64,000 bases of DNA from Octopus vulgaris (lineage: Eukaryota), in the NCBI GenBank assembly GCA_951406725.2, contig OX597831.1, positions 8,494,001 to 8,558,000 on the forward strand. The letters are read 5' to 3'. The translations under genes were made by a program, and so were the position numbers. The notes beneath the pieces are model-generated. The model was not told where the DNA came from. It did not search any database and worked only from the letters and a program-made list of their open reading frames with translations. This document shows, piece by piece, positions 49,944 through 63,303 of this stretch; position 1 is the stretch's first letter, and each line of letters opens with the position of its first letter.

Positions 49944-51407
49944 TCCTTAAATCCTTCAAAATGCTTTAGCCTGAAGGCCGCAGCCATGCTGGGGCACCAC
50001 CGCTGAATGAGCTACACTAATATGTGAATCCACCTCTGATACGTGGCACTTGATCAACAAGGGAGTTCGATGCCGTTGTCCGCATCTGTGTCTCCTGTCG
50101 TGAGGTAGGCTCATCTGGGACACCTGACAAGAAGAGATCCAGTTTAGTTTTAAAGAAACCCACATCCACACCATGTAAGTCTCTCAGGCATTTAGGGAGG
50201 ATGTTAAAGAGCTGTGGTCCTCTGAAACCCAAGCTGTTGCAGTATCTGGACCTGTATTTTGATGGTGATATTGGAATCTTTGGCACCATGCAGTGGGGCC
50301 CCCGTTCTGCGGTTGGGGTAACTTTGAATGCCAAAGTTTGGGACAAGACCCTCCAGGATTTTCCAGATGTATATCACCGCATATCTCTCCTGCCTTCGCT
50401 CTATGGAGAGGAGGTTTAATACTTTCAGTCTTTCCCAGTAGCTGATATTTTGCATTGAGACGATCTTCTTTGTGTAGCTTCTTTGAATTGCTTCAAGTTC
50501 TGCTGTTAGTTTTATATTGTGTGGTGACCATAGTTGGGAGCAGTAGTCCAAGCGGCTGAGGATGAATGTTTTCCAGAGGACCATCAGTGTCTCCTTCTCT
50601 CTTGTTCTGAAAGTTCAGAGAATCCATCCAGCTAGCCGTCTGCATTTTATCACCAGATTAGTAATATGCACTTGGAAAGATGCATCATTGCTCATGTCAA
50701 TGCCCAGGTCATGCACTGATTTTGACTCAGGGATTGCAATTCTTCCTGGGCCAGTGAATCCAGTCTGCACGTCGTTTACCTTTGTGTGCCAGTAGCGCAG
50801 GGCCTGGAACTTACCTGCATTAAACTGCATGTTGTTGTCCTCAGCCCACCTGTATATTGTATCCAACTCCTGTTGCAGATGCGCAATATTTTCAGGGTTT
50901 TGTATTGTGTGGGAGACTTTTGTGTCATCTGCATAACTAGAAAGGGTGGCCATCGTAGCAATTGAGGGCATGTCTGAAAGGGCCACTATGAACAGCAGTG
51001 GCCCCAAGACAGTGCCCAGTGGAACATCGCTTGTTATTTGTGTTTCCTTGGAGGTGGCTCCATTGCTCACAACTGTCCGTCTTCTGTCTTTTAGGAAGTT
51101 GTGCAGCCACTCTCCAAGTTTTCCGCTTATGCCGAGACCATGCAGTTTGTGACAGATCATACCGTGGTCGACTTTATCAAAGGCTTTTGCAAAGTCGAGA
51201 TATATTACATCCACATTTGAGCCATTTAGTAGCTGTTTTAACACCCAGTCATAGTGTTGCAGGAGCTGTGTTAGGCAGCTTCTACCTGGTTGAAATCCAT
51301 GCTGGGTGTCAGACAGCAAGTCATTTTCTTCAAGGAACATGATTAGTTTCTTGTGGACTATTCGTTCCATGACTTTGCTGATGAGTGAGGTCAGAGAGAT
51401 AGGCCTA
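49944..51407 (-). mobile_element. CR1-group LINE, 5'-truncated (RT domain to 3' tail)
   Basis: RPISLTS, QHGF, YLDFAKAFDKVDH, GTVLGPLLF, YADD, LDYCSQLWSP, FKTKLDLFL; stop codon and frameshift present; intact 3' tail. Confidence 0.95.
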
Positions 51408-51434
51408 CAAACATACATATATATATATACACAT

Positions 51435-51486
<52 letters not shown>

Positions 51487-52474
51487 GCATACATATACAT
51501 AGGTACATACATACATATATATATATATATAACTAAGGTTTTAACTTTGCATCTTATGTCCCTTTGCAATTTAACATTCTTTAATTGCAGATTGCTCAAA
51601 GATGTCCCATGGATGGCAACTACTGTGGACTGTTGGTCGGCCCACAACAGGTCCTACCTAGGGATGACAGCACACTGGCTGGACCCCAAGACCTACACGA
51701 GACGACACCCTATCCTGGCCTGCTCTTGGCTCAGAGGACATCACACCTTTGATGTTCTTGCCCAGGCCATGGTGGACATCCATTACAAGTTCCATCTGTA
51801 AGACAAGGTGACCTGGACCATGACAGACTATGGCAAAAGCTTTTGTTAAGACATTTATACAGTTTGGTACAGAAGTTGATCTCTTGTCAGATATTCCTGA
51901 GTCTGCTGCTGATCCAGATGTGGAGGGCTTCAAGAATGTGGACATGGATCCTGGGGATGTGGATGAAGTTGAATACATCTTTGTTGATGCCGTCCTTGAT
52001 GAGTCCAGCAGCCTGGGCCTAAACCTACCAGTGCACATAAGGTATGCAGCCCATAGCTGCAACTTGGTAGCCAGCGTAGATACCGACAAGGCTCTTGACA
52101 GTGCTTCATTCAAGTCAGCCTAGAGAAAGGCCATGTCCAAGGCACAGTAGCTGTGGAATCTGCAGTCTCAGCATGATTGAAATAGAGGCTGGTGGTTCTC
52201 AACTGTACCAGATGGATCTCTACCTATGACTCTGTTGTTGTCCTCAACAACCTTCAAGAGAAGAATAGGTGACTGTCCACAGGGTGATGACACAGATGAA
52301 GCTGCAGACCTTCACTGATTCTGATGTCAGCTTCCTAACGGAGCATGTCCAAGTGATGTCTAATGTTGCCAAGGCCTTGGATTAAATCCAGTGGGAGGAC
52401 CAGGCATATCTTGGGTGCCTTCTGTATATACATATGTATATATATTCGTGTAAATATATATGTGTATATATATG

Positions 52475-52607
<133 letters not shown>

Positions 52608-52636
52608 GTATATGTATGTATGTATGTATGTATATG

Positions 52637-52667
<31 letters not shown>

Positions 52668-52840
52668 ATGTATATATGTATGTATATGTATGTATGTATA
52701 TGTATATGTATGTATGTATATGTATATATGTATGTATGTATATGTATATATGTATGTATATGTATATATATATGTATGTATATGTATATATATATGTATG
52801 TATATGTATGTATATATATATGTATGTATATGTATATATG

Positions 52841-53361
52841 TAACCCAGTACAACCTGTTGCATGGTCGGGTCGTCGGTGACTAAACCGGCAACCCCACCA
52901 AGCTTGCTTGGTGAGAAGGGTGTTTATTGGACACCCTGCGAGATGAAAAACAAAACCCGTCAAAGGGCGGAGGCACTCTTGAGAGTCAACGGCCATCGAA
53001 TAAATGTCTTAAGGCTGTATCATGCGCGGGGACATAGAAATAATCGGACCGAATACCCGATCGCGCGGTTAAACCATTGGGAGTGAAGGACTCCTAGCCT
53101 TTGTTAGGGCATCCTTCTATGAGAAGGTAACTCAGGTAACTGGGATAACTCCGATATAAAACCTGCGGCTCAGTGGTTACCGATGATGTTGACTTATTCT
53201 TCTTTTCGGATTATGGCTGCTGTTGCTTAGTGAGTGGGATTGACTCAGTGCACAGCCTTTCCTCACTTTAAAAAAACCTTCTTGCACAGGCATTGCACGA
53301 TAACAACATTGATTAAGCTTCGTGCAATGGCCATACTCGATAACGAGGGGGCAGCCACCAT
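52841..53361. mobile_element. Unclassified GC-richer structured interspersed element between (TA)-rich arrays
   Basis: Sharp compositional boundaries; several hairpins (AGGGTGT/ACACCCT, CATTGCACGA/TCGTGCAATG); no credible ORF. Confidence 0.5.
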
Positions 53362-53626
53362 GTATATATATATATGTATATATGTATATATTTTTGTATA
53401 TATATCTATCTATATATATATATATGTACATATATACATGTATATGTATATATGTATATATGTATATGTATATATGTATATGTATATGTGTATATGTATA
53501 TGTATATGTGTGTGTATATGTATATATATGTATATATGTATATGTATATATGTATATGTATATGTGTATATGTATATGTGTATATGTATATGTGTATATG
53601 TGTATATGTATATGTATATGTGTGTG

Positions 53627-53695
<69 letters not shown>

Positions 53696-54924
53696 GTAAA
53701 GAAGTTTACTCTAAATGTGTCCGCTTCAAGGGTTACCTATTGAAAAATTAGGTCTCCCTCTTTGCTGGTGAAGTCTTTTCGAGTCTGTAAGCGTTGTTTT
53801 ATCCTCCGATCCAGGGGACACAACTCGTCCTCATTACCGTTCATGTCCGCTTGGTAGAAAGTTTAATTTTCTTTTTGGTATTTGTATAGAGTCTGAGGCA
53901 GCTGTCCACAAGGCTGTGACTTTCGTGGATGACCAGATTAAAAATTTTTGTTTTAGTAATTACTGCTCTATTCTTTAGACTATACTTCTTTTCTCATATA
54001 TGTTTTATTGACTATATGTGCGTGCGTGTATGCACGCGTGTGTGTGTGTGTGTGCGCGCGCTTCTGTCTGTGTTTGTCTTCAACCACCAACTGACAATCG
54101 ATATTGTTGCATTTACATCCGTCACCGTAAAATAGCGGTTCGGCAAAAGCGACCGATTGAATAAGCACCAGGCTCTACAGAAAAAAAAACAAAAAAAAAA
54201 ACAGAGACAACTATTGGGGTGGATGCATTCGACTAAAAATTCGTCAAGGCGATGCTCCAGCTTGGCTGCAGTCTAATGAGTGAAACAAGTAAAAGATAGG
54301 AGATATAAGATAAAGGATACAGAAGAAGGGAAAGAAAAAGGGCGACGGAGAGGCAGTGGGGACGGTTTTGTTGGTCGGTCTGCGCGAGTGGGTTTCTCAT
54401 CCGTCACGGTTTTCTCTTTGGAAACTTTCAGCTAAATGCATCTCCAACAGCACTAAAACAAAATCTCCAGTGGCTGAAGTTAGTGAGCTATTAACAACCA
54501 TAACGAACATATAAACGCTTCACTGATCGATATGCAGAAAATATAATTTATTATCTATTGATCTTTTTTCGGCTTATATAAGGGGTAGGAATCTAGATAA
54601 TTTTCGTATCTATTTGTCTATCTATCTATTTATCTATCTGTTTGTCTGTCTGACTACCTCTCTCTCTCTATCTATCTATCTATCTGTCTGTCTGTCTGCC
54701 TGTCTAATGTGTGTATATGTATATACATGTGTATATATGCTTGTATATTATAAATTGTATGTATTATATATATATATACACACATGTGAGTGTGCGTATA
54801 CTTATATACACATAAGTGCGGATATACATATATGTATATATATATATATATTATATATATGTATATATATGTGTGTGTGTGTGCATATATATGTATACAT
54901 ATATATACGTATACATATACATTA

Positions 54925-54956
<32 letters not shown>

Positions 54957-54961
54957 CGTAT

Positions 54962-54994
<33 letters not shown>

Positions 54995-55188
54995 ATATAT
55001 ATATATATATATATACTTCTACAGGACTAGAACTGTTTCATTCAAGAGAAATCTTCAGGAAGCTCCTGAAGATTTCTCTTGAATGAAACAGTTCAGTCCT
55101 GTACTCCTTCTATATAATAAATTAATTTTACTCTGCTATGTATTGAGTACCTTATTTACTGTGGTTAACCCCGAATCAACCCGGGACC

Positions 55189-55240
<52 letters not shown>

Positions 55241-57574
55241 TATATGTATATCTATATATATGCACATATATGTATATCTATATATATGCACATATATGTA
55301 TATCTATATATATGCACCTATATGTATATTATACCTATGTGTATACAAAATTCAAATGTCAATACCTCTGCCACAACCGCCAGATATTATAATTTCTATC
55401 ATGCAATGATATTGTTCAAACATAAAGAATCCTTGGAATTAGTCCAAGCTTTCAATTTTCTCCCGTTTTACTTCCACAAGAACTTCAGTATTTGAAGCGT
55501 CAAGAATTATGAACAATAGACTTTATAGAGTAAATGGACATTGACACGATCATTATGAAGAATAATTTCTTTTATCTGCCAGAAGGGTAGTTATTATAAA
55601 TAATAAAAGGAGAGATACACTAGGTTAATATGAAACAAAATATACATTGGAAACAGTTTTAATAAGGTACCAGAGACAGAAAACACTAGATTAAATTATA
55701 GAGAAGTTAGTCAAGACAATAGAATATATTTGTAAGAAAATTTTCGCAACATCGGAAAGAATGGCTGTTGATTATTTCTTCTACATTAAGTACGAAGTTT
55801 GAGTTGTTCCTGTTAAAGAACGTCCACAAAAACATGCGGGTATAGTAGCCGAATGTGAGACATTTTGGCGCAGCAGTTTTGGCGCCGCCTATTTGGTATC
55901 AATGGTGCTAATTCAACGCTGACTTATTTGACAGAAGACGTTTTATTTTTTTTCTCGTTCCCTCCCTCTCCCATTTCTCTTTCTCTCTGTGAGCATATTT
56001 CTATGTGCCTGAAAAGTAAAATGTTTATGTCAATCATGTTCAATTATAATCTCTCTTCCTCTCTCCCTCTTTATATCTCTGTGTGCATACTTCTGCGCAC
56101 GCGTCTGCTCGGCTCCAGCATCAAAAAGCATTGTCGCCCTAACAGCTTCAATTCCCAGTCAGCCATGCTAATTCATCTCATTCTGTGAAGACCGTTGGAT
56201 TGTCTTCAATAGCATAAACGCAATGTATCGGTCTGACAGAAGAACTACATCAACCGATATATATATTCCGTTATTTTATTTTATTTTATTTCACCTTTTG
56301 CCAGACCGATTTGGTCCTTCAGCAACAGAAAAGTGGTAGTGAGGTGCCAGTTCTCAATATAAAAAGTGAAATGGTAAGGAAGCTCTACAACTCTTCTGAG
56401 ACACCGGAGATATTGGACGGCTGCAAGATAGTACAAATGGTAGGGACTGCATGGGAATCCTTTTTGAACTCAAATAAAATATCAAAGACTTGTTAATTTC
56501 TGTCTTTATTGAAGTATACTGCAACTGGTGGGAAACTGGATACATTACCAATTATTGGAGCCGGGATCGATTGCATCGCTGAAAGGGAACACAATCAAAT
56601 ACCATTTAGTTGTTAATTTTAGCGCAATATTTTGCTAAATGTAATATTTAAGATTTTGATCAATACAGTAGCGAGATTAAGGCACACTAATTGGCTTGCC
56701 ATTCGGCACTTGGAAAAGACAGAACATGCAAGCAAAGGCATGTCACTTAGCTGTGTTCCCGCTTGAAGTGCTCCAGGTCTGGCCTACTTCAGAGCTTCAG
56801 GTGGTTAGGAACTAGATCAAGGAGATGAAAAGGGTATTCATGAGCAAAAGGAAGCTATCCTTTAAAGGTTAAACAGAAGTGGTTAATACCTAAATTGCTT
56901 TGCCTATTTCTGGGTACTTTTTAGTCTTTTATGTGCTGTAGTACATAGGCTACTTCTTAGGGTACCATATATTTACATAATTAACTTGTGGTTGAGACTG
57001 TTCCCATTAACATTCTCTCACATGGCCATCTATTCTCACTCCTTCTTTCTCTCCCAATTTACTTCTCCTGCTTTTCTTCATACAGTAGTTTCTATTTCAT
57101 TTTTATTTTATTCTTGGTAAAATAGTAATGATTCCGAGGCAAACTATTTTGTTGAAAGAAATGTTCCTCTTTGAAAAACATAATCGATTTTAATGGTGAT
57201 TTAGCAAAGATTGATTGATATGAGCGCTTTTTGATTTCGAGAATATGCTTTTATTTTGTTATTTTATATTCTAGATTTCTGTTAATATATCTTTTTCGTT
57301 TTGGCCGTGTTAAGTATTACGAGGTATTTAAAAAAAATCCTTCTTCGTATGTTTGTTTTTCCATATTTTTAATTACGGATGCAATAGACTTTGCTTGTAG
57401 GTTGTTGAAGATCAGAAGGTTTGAATTTTGGATGGAACAGTGGTAAATGGTCACAAGCTGGAGCATTGTCAGCACTGGCTGGGTCTCCTGGGTGAGACTC
57501 TCTGACTATTGAGAAGACTCGAAACACTCAGTGACTCCAGGTAACATTGAAGATGCGTTTTTGTGCATTACAAG

Positions 57575-57629
<55 letters not shown>

Positions 57630-57840
57630 ATGCACATACACACATAATAGAAATGGTTTGTTTTGCAGTAAAATGGATTTGAGAAGGTAATCAAGACCAG
57701 AGAATTCAGTTGGTCAGCTCAATTCTTGAAAAGCTGCAAGTCGATGGCTGCCGTTAGAAATCACAAGTGCTATGAAGGATATCCAGAACTATTCTCGGAC
57801 GTATATAACGCGTAGTATTTCTGATTGAATGTACCACTTC

Positions 57841-57911
<71 letters not shown>

Positions 57912-58275
57912 ATATAATATGATTTAGTATATGTCATTAGCAACGTAAACAGGATATTAGTTCAGAATATCATTCTGTATATCATACTCATATTTTACTA
58001 TCGTAATCTGTAAAACTGGGGCGACGGGACACTTCACAGTGTGTTAACGGTATTGCAGGACAAGACAATAACATGGATGCGAGAATATACGAAACATAAC
58101 AAGAATTATGTTCGACAAATATCAAAAGGATACGGAAAATATTTGTTTTATTTTGGTTGAAACAAACAGGACAACAGAATGAGACGATTTGGCACGGTTG
58201 TTTGGACGCTGACGATCTGACACAGCTGACTGGACACTAAACCTGTTTTGGAAACAGTACTTTTTGGCACTAGAC

Positions 58276-58346
<71 letters not shown>

Positions 58347-58487
58347 ACGAGCAACATTAAAGCGTCTACGTCAAATAAGTCAGCGTCGAATTAGCGACGT
58401 CAAATAGGCTGCGCCAAACAGCTGTGCCATAATGTGTTATACCCACGGGACAAATTCTAAACTGAAGTAAAACAAGAGATGACCCGG

Positions 58488-58555
<68 letters not shown>

Positions 58556-59213
58556 ATAGGTGACATAGATTGAACAGAAATATATTCAAGTTTAAGTCTT
58601 TCAACGCAAAGAAATGGAGGTGGAGACATCGAAGAACAAAATGAGTTGAACCGAGGATGGAATCGGAAAACGACAGGACACGTGGACAGGAGGATTATGG
58701 GAAAAGAGGAAGGAATTCTGCGATCGAGAGAAAAACCAGAGAAAGAGATCGAGAGAGAGAGAAATAAAGAAGTAAAAAGATGGGGGAAAGAGTGAGATAG
58801 AAGAAAGATGCAACAGCATCACACAAATTCGAAATGCGATAAAGCGAAAGAAATCACAATGCGATTTGGTTGAATGGAATAATATATATATATATTTCCA
58901 TAGATTAGGAGCGTGACTCACATTAACTCTGCCTTGTGTGTGTATGTATGTATGTATGTATGTATGTATGTATGTATGTATGTATGTATGTATGTATGTA
59001 TGTATATATAAAAATACAAAATGGGACAAGAACGCAAAATATTCAAATAGACAATACAAAAAACAATGATGGGTCATTCGAAGCCTCTAATCTTCAGTCA
59101 AGAACCGGATCATCCTCGCAATTTCGGCTGATTAATCTTGAGATTACTCTAATCTGGCCAGCCCCAAGGAAAAACTAAGCTATGAGCATTAGATGTATGT
59201 ATGCATGTATGTA

Positions 59214-59417
59214 CGAGGGGATGCTGAAAAGTCCTGGCTTTGGGTGTCGTGAAAGACCTTTGTGGGGGTCCAGCCTTCCGAGTTCTTTTACAGGGCTTAG
59301 AATAACCGAAAAACCGCTGCAGTGAGTGTGATTCTAAAAGGGGAACAAAATCATAATTAACCGATCCTTCCGTATTTTCTTTTACCCAAAGCCAGGGACT
59401 CTTCAGCAACCCCCTCG
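59214..59417. mobile_element. Mariner-type MITE
   Basis: TA|CGAGGGGATGCTGAAAAGTCCTGGCTTTGGG ... CCCAAAGCCAGGGACTCTTCAGCAACCCCCTCG|TA: TIRs with TA target duplication. Confidence 0.85.
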
Positions 59418-59425
59418 TATGTCTG

Positions 59426-59463
<38 letters not shown>

Positions 59464-59833
59464 ACAAACTTCTGCATTGCTTCCATTTTATGTTTTATAA
59501 TATTTCACTCATAGCGTAAAGATGAACCAGAGGCTATGGATGATAGGAGACACTGGGCCAAGGCAACGCAGGATAGGATCGAACCCTGAAGCACGACGTT
59601 GCGAGGCGTACGTCTGAACCACAGACCCATGTTTGCACTCACATGCGTACGTACGAACGTACACACATATACACACACCCACATACACATAAATATGCAT
59701 ACATATATGTGCGTATGTATACACACACACACACCCACATCCACACACAGGTAGATGAGAGACAGATATTCTTTGTATAGAATACACCTCGCTGTGCCCA
59801 AGAGATGTAAACTTGAGCAGGTAAAGAAGTAAA

Positions 59834-59884
<51 letters not shown>

Positions 59885-59953
59885 CTCCCTCTCTGTCTCT
59901 CTATACATATATATATATGTGTGTGTGTGTGTATATATATATGTATGTATCTC

Positions 59954-60011
<58 letters not shown>

Positions 60012-62785
60012 AACACATTCACGCATAACCAGTACGCACATAAGCACATATGTAATAATATTAGTTATTAGTTTTAATGCTTGCGTAAGGAAACCTTATT
60101 ACAAACGACATCGTGACAAGGGCTGCCGAGCAAAAATTGAACGGCCGCCTCCGCCCACCCGGTTCCCGGAGAACCGATTCCTGCTTGGAGCTAATTAGTT
60201 TTACTTAGAAATGCCTATTCTCTTTAGAAAGGTGTGAACGTCACAGAGTCTCACTTCCGTCGCATAATAAATATATTATAACAGTTATTACGATTACACA
60301 TTATTAGGATAGACGTTGCCAGACCTCTCGGCACCTCGGTTTACTATAGACATTTCACATTTGATAAATATATTCAGAAGAAATATATTTATCAAATATA
60401 GTATTACTATTTCTATCAAATTATTCGATATTTTCTGCGGATGAAATGTTTCACATCATAAGTTCTGACCCGGTCCAGTTCCTTAATCAGATAATGTGGT
60501 GCAATGGAGTCAGATGGATGCAGGCAAAGTGGTTAAAAAGATAGTTTTGCAATCACGAGGTTCTGTGTTCGGCTTTTTTGCTCGAAATCAAGATCAAATG
60601 ATTTTTTTTATTGAAGTTTCAACGCGGCCAAAGCCCTGTGACTTAAAATTGAGTATTCGGAAACTGTGTGGAAGCCTTTGAGAATGAGATTTATTAAAGA
60701 CTAAACTTGTCACTCTCACTGTCACGCTGATTTTCCATGTGGTTTACAATAAAGATATGGCTGTGTGGATCAGAAACTCGCTTCGCATCTTCGGCATTTT
60801 CTGCTATAGCTCCGGACCGATCAATGCCTTGTGAATTAATCCCTTGACCATGGGAACACTCCATCCGACCCGTAATTGTCCAGCGTGGACAGGTGGTCCT
60901 TTATCTTTTAGCAGGAATAAACTCATCCAAATTGCTGAATTAGCCAAGGCGTTAGAGCGTCGGATCTGCCGCCTAGTCAGAGATGTGGCGATGAGGATGC
61001 TTCGCTCCAGGTGTCACTTTTGGGTCTATAATCCTGTATAGGAGGCGAAGTAGAAGCAGTAAACAAATGGGCTGCCCCCAGTCGCACATACTCTAAATAC
61101 CTCACTTCGTCGGAGAGAATTTCTTGCAGTATTCATTCTGGTTCTCAGCATTTCTAAGTTCAAATCCTGTCGAGGCCAACTTTAAATTTCAGCTTCTCGC
61201 CACTCGATGAATAAGTACCAGAGCAGAAGAACGCACCAGAGGTTTCCACCTTATAATTTTATTTTATTGTTGTTTTACCTAAGATCTGTTGGTTGAGTAG
61301 CAATATAATCAATGGCGCTACAGCCATGACCAGTCTGTCTTTTTTTTTTTTGAGGTATTTATACCCGGGACTGTATTATCAAATATACGAACCAGATGCC
61401 TTGTGGTATTTGTACTGGATTTTTATGTTTTGAGATTAAATCCCATCTAAGGACTCCGATTGCCAAAGCCAAGAATTCGACCACTGGCACATCCTATTTG
61501 ACCCACATGTGATGAGTATGGACATGTAGTACTAGAAGCATGAATGACCCGGCAGCGGATGAACATGTTGAGAATTTTTCCAAGAATGGATCGAAAAACG
61601 GTTGAATGGAAATGGATTTCTCATTTCAACGATAATTATTAAGGCAGGGAATAAAATGTCTCAACAGGCAAAGACGAAGAGTTAATCATTGCTTTTGTCT
61701 TCTATAACACGATGAAATATAATAAAACTTTAATGTACTTCACACACAAAAATAACAAAAGCAACAAGAATATTAAAAGAAGCAAATAAAATAAAAACAG
61801 TGACAGGAAATTACAGAAAAAAAAAAAAAAAGGCGGAAGCTTCTTCCGCAAGGCAAAAGAAAAGAAAAAAAAAAGGAAATAAATAAATGAAATAAATTGT
61901 TAATAATTTCGATCTGTATTGTGTCTAAGATTATACACTTCTCATTCTCCACAGCCGGGTTTGAGGAATGATAGCCACAGAGTCGCCGCTTGAATTCATG
62001 TTCTTTACACTAAATATTCCGATGTTTCTTGAGGTGAAAAGGTTCAGTAATAGAAGAAGAAGAAAAAAAAAACGGAAAGAAAAGGAAGGAAATAAAGAAA
62101 GAACGCTAGAATCGTTGAATGAGCAATAAATATTCGACCATCGATAAAATTACAGACTTCTAATGCTTGACTTTGTAAAAATCATTCATCTATAACCTTT
62201 CTCCGGCATTTTATATTTGAATGCTAAGACTTGATTTTGTCAGAAGAAAGAAGGCTTAAGTATTATCTTCAACACCCTGTAACCATCCTATACCAACTTC
62301 ATCATTAATCATTTGTTTCGTTGTAACAAGTGAACTGCCGCCATGTTGCTAAGTAACAGCTAGCTCTCAGCTCAAATTTTGCCTTGTCACTTTACATTGC
62401 ATTGATGGTTGTTTTTATCCGAAGCTAATACTTCTCCATTATTCCGGCAATCTTAATTACAATTATTAGCGGTTATATTTCATCTTTGGATTTGGCATTT
62501 TTCCATTTCGCCATCATGGTCTCGGGGAAACGCTGGCAGAAATGTTTTCAGTCATTTTCCCCAATTGGACGTTCAGTACATTACAACCATACATTATTTA
62601 CTTATTCAAGGGCGATTGAATTGGCCAAGTCGGCAACAGCTGCATCTTATAGCGCTGAGATTCAACGGATAATGTCTTGTTCTGCATTGGAACAGAATCA
62701 CTTAACTGTCAATCTACCCCACCTTCTGTCCCTTTCGCACACTCTCACGTCCATCCATCCATCTGTATATACATAATATATAAAA

Positions 62786-62845
<60 letters not shown>

Positions 62846-62846
<1 letters not shown>

Positions 62847-63239
62847 TAGCAGTATCGCCCGGCGTTGCTCGGGTTTGTTTCGAGCCTTTAGAATTGGAAT
62901 TTTTGAAAATTAAGAATTTTGCATTATGTAGCTTGTTATTCTCTTTAAGTGAACATTTTTCTGTTTGAAATAGACCGAAAAATGGCGACACAGCAGTCAA
63001 AACATCGTAAAAAATAAGGATTTTCATAGAAAAAAAAAGCACCTTTTTGATGTAAATAACTTTTGGTGTTAACATGGTTCGATTTAAAGTTTTTCTTCTA
63101 CGGAAGGAAGAGCAAGACTTCTTATCATACTCTCAATTTTGGTTAATTTGCGCCGCAGGGTCTCGGAGGAGATAGTGTTAGTTGAAGGCTACCAAACCTG
63201 CCATACACAGACAACTTCAGCTTTATGTATATAGAGAGA
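62846..63239 (-). mobile_element. Non-autonomous Helitron
   Basis: On the minus strand it starts A|TC and ends CTAG|T, with the subterminal hairpin CCCGAGCAACGCCGGG just before the 3' end; no TSD. Confidence 0.85.
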
Positions 63240-63303
63240 TAATGTACATATATAATGGAATAATTACTATGAAGCATTGTGTAGTATATTGTATAAAGGA
63301 TCA

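Larger units (their letters stand above)
47140..52425 (+). mobile_element. Decayed, interrupted hAT (Tol2/Ac-like) DNA transposon
   Basis: GCTAA/TTAGC subterminal-like repeats at 47140-47270. BED-finger-like N-terminus (WPHIEDYF...LKSHVKRKH) at 47551-48050. Catalytic core ATTVDCWS..RSYLGMTAHW, TDYG, AAHSCNLVA, TRW.STYD at 51591-52420, with stops and frameshifts. Confidence 0.85.

Noticed and set aside
56740-57460. Faint similarity to Tx1/L1-type LINE ORF2 (RKLSFKG..EVVNT)
   Set aside because: Too degraded to delimit or assign with confidence without a profile search.
59075-59175. CTGAAGA...CGAA and GAAA motifs on the minus strand as a hammerhead
   Set aside because: I could not form consistent stems I-III around the core.
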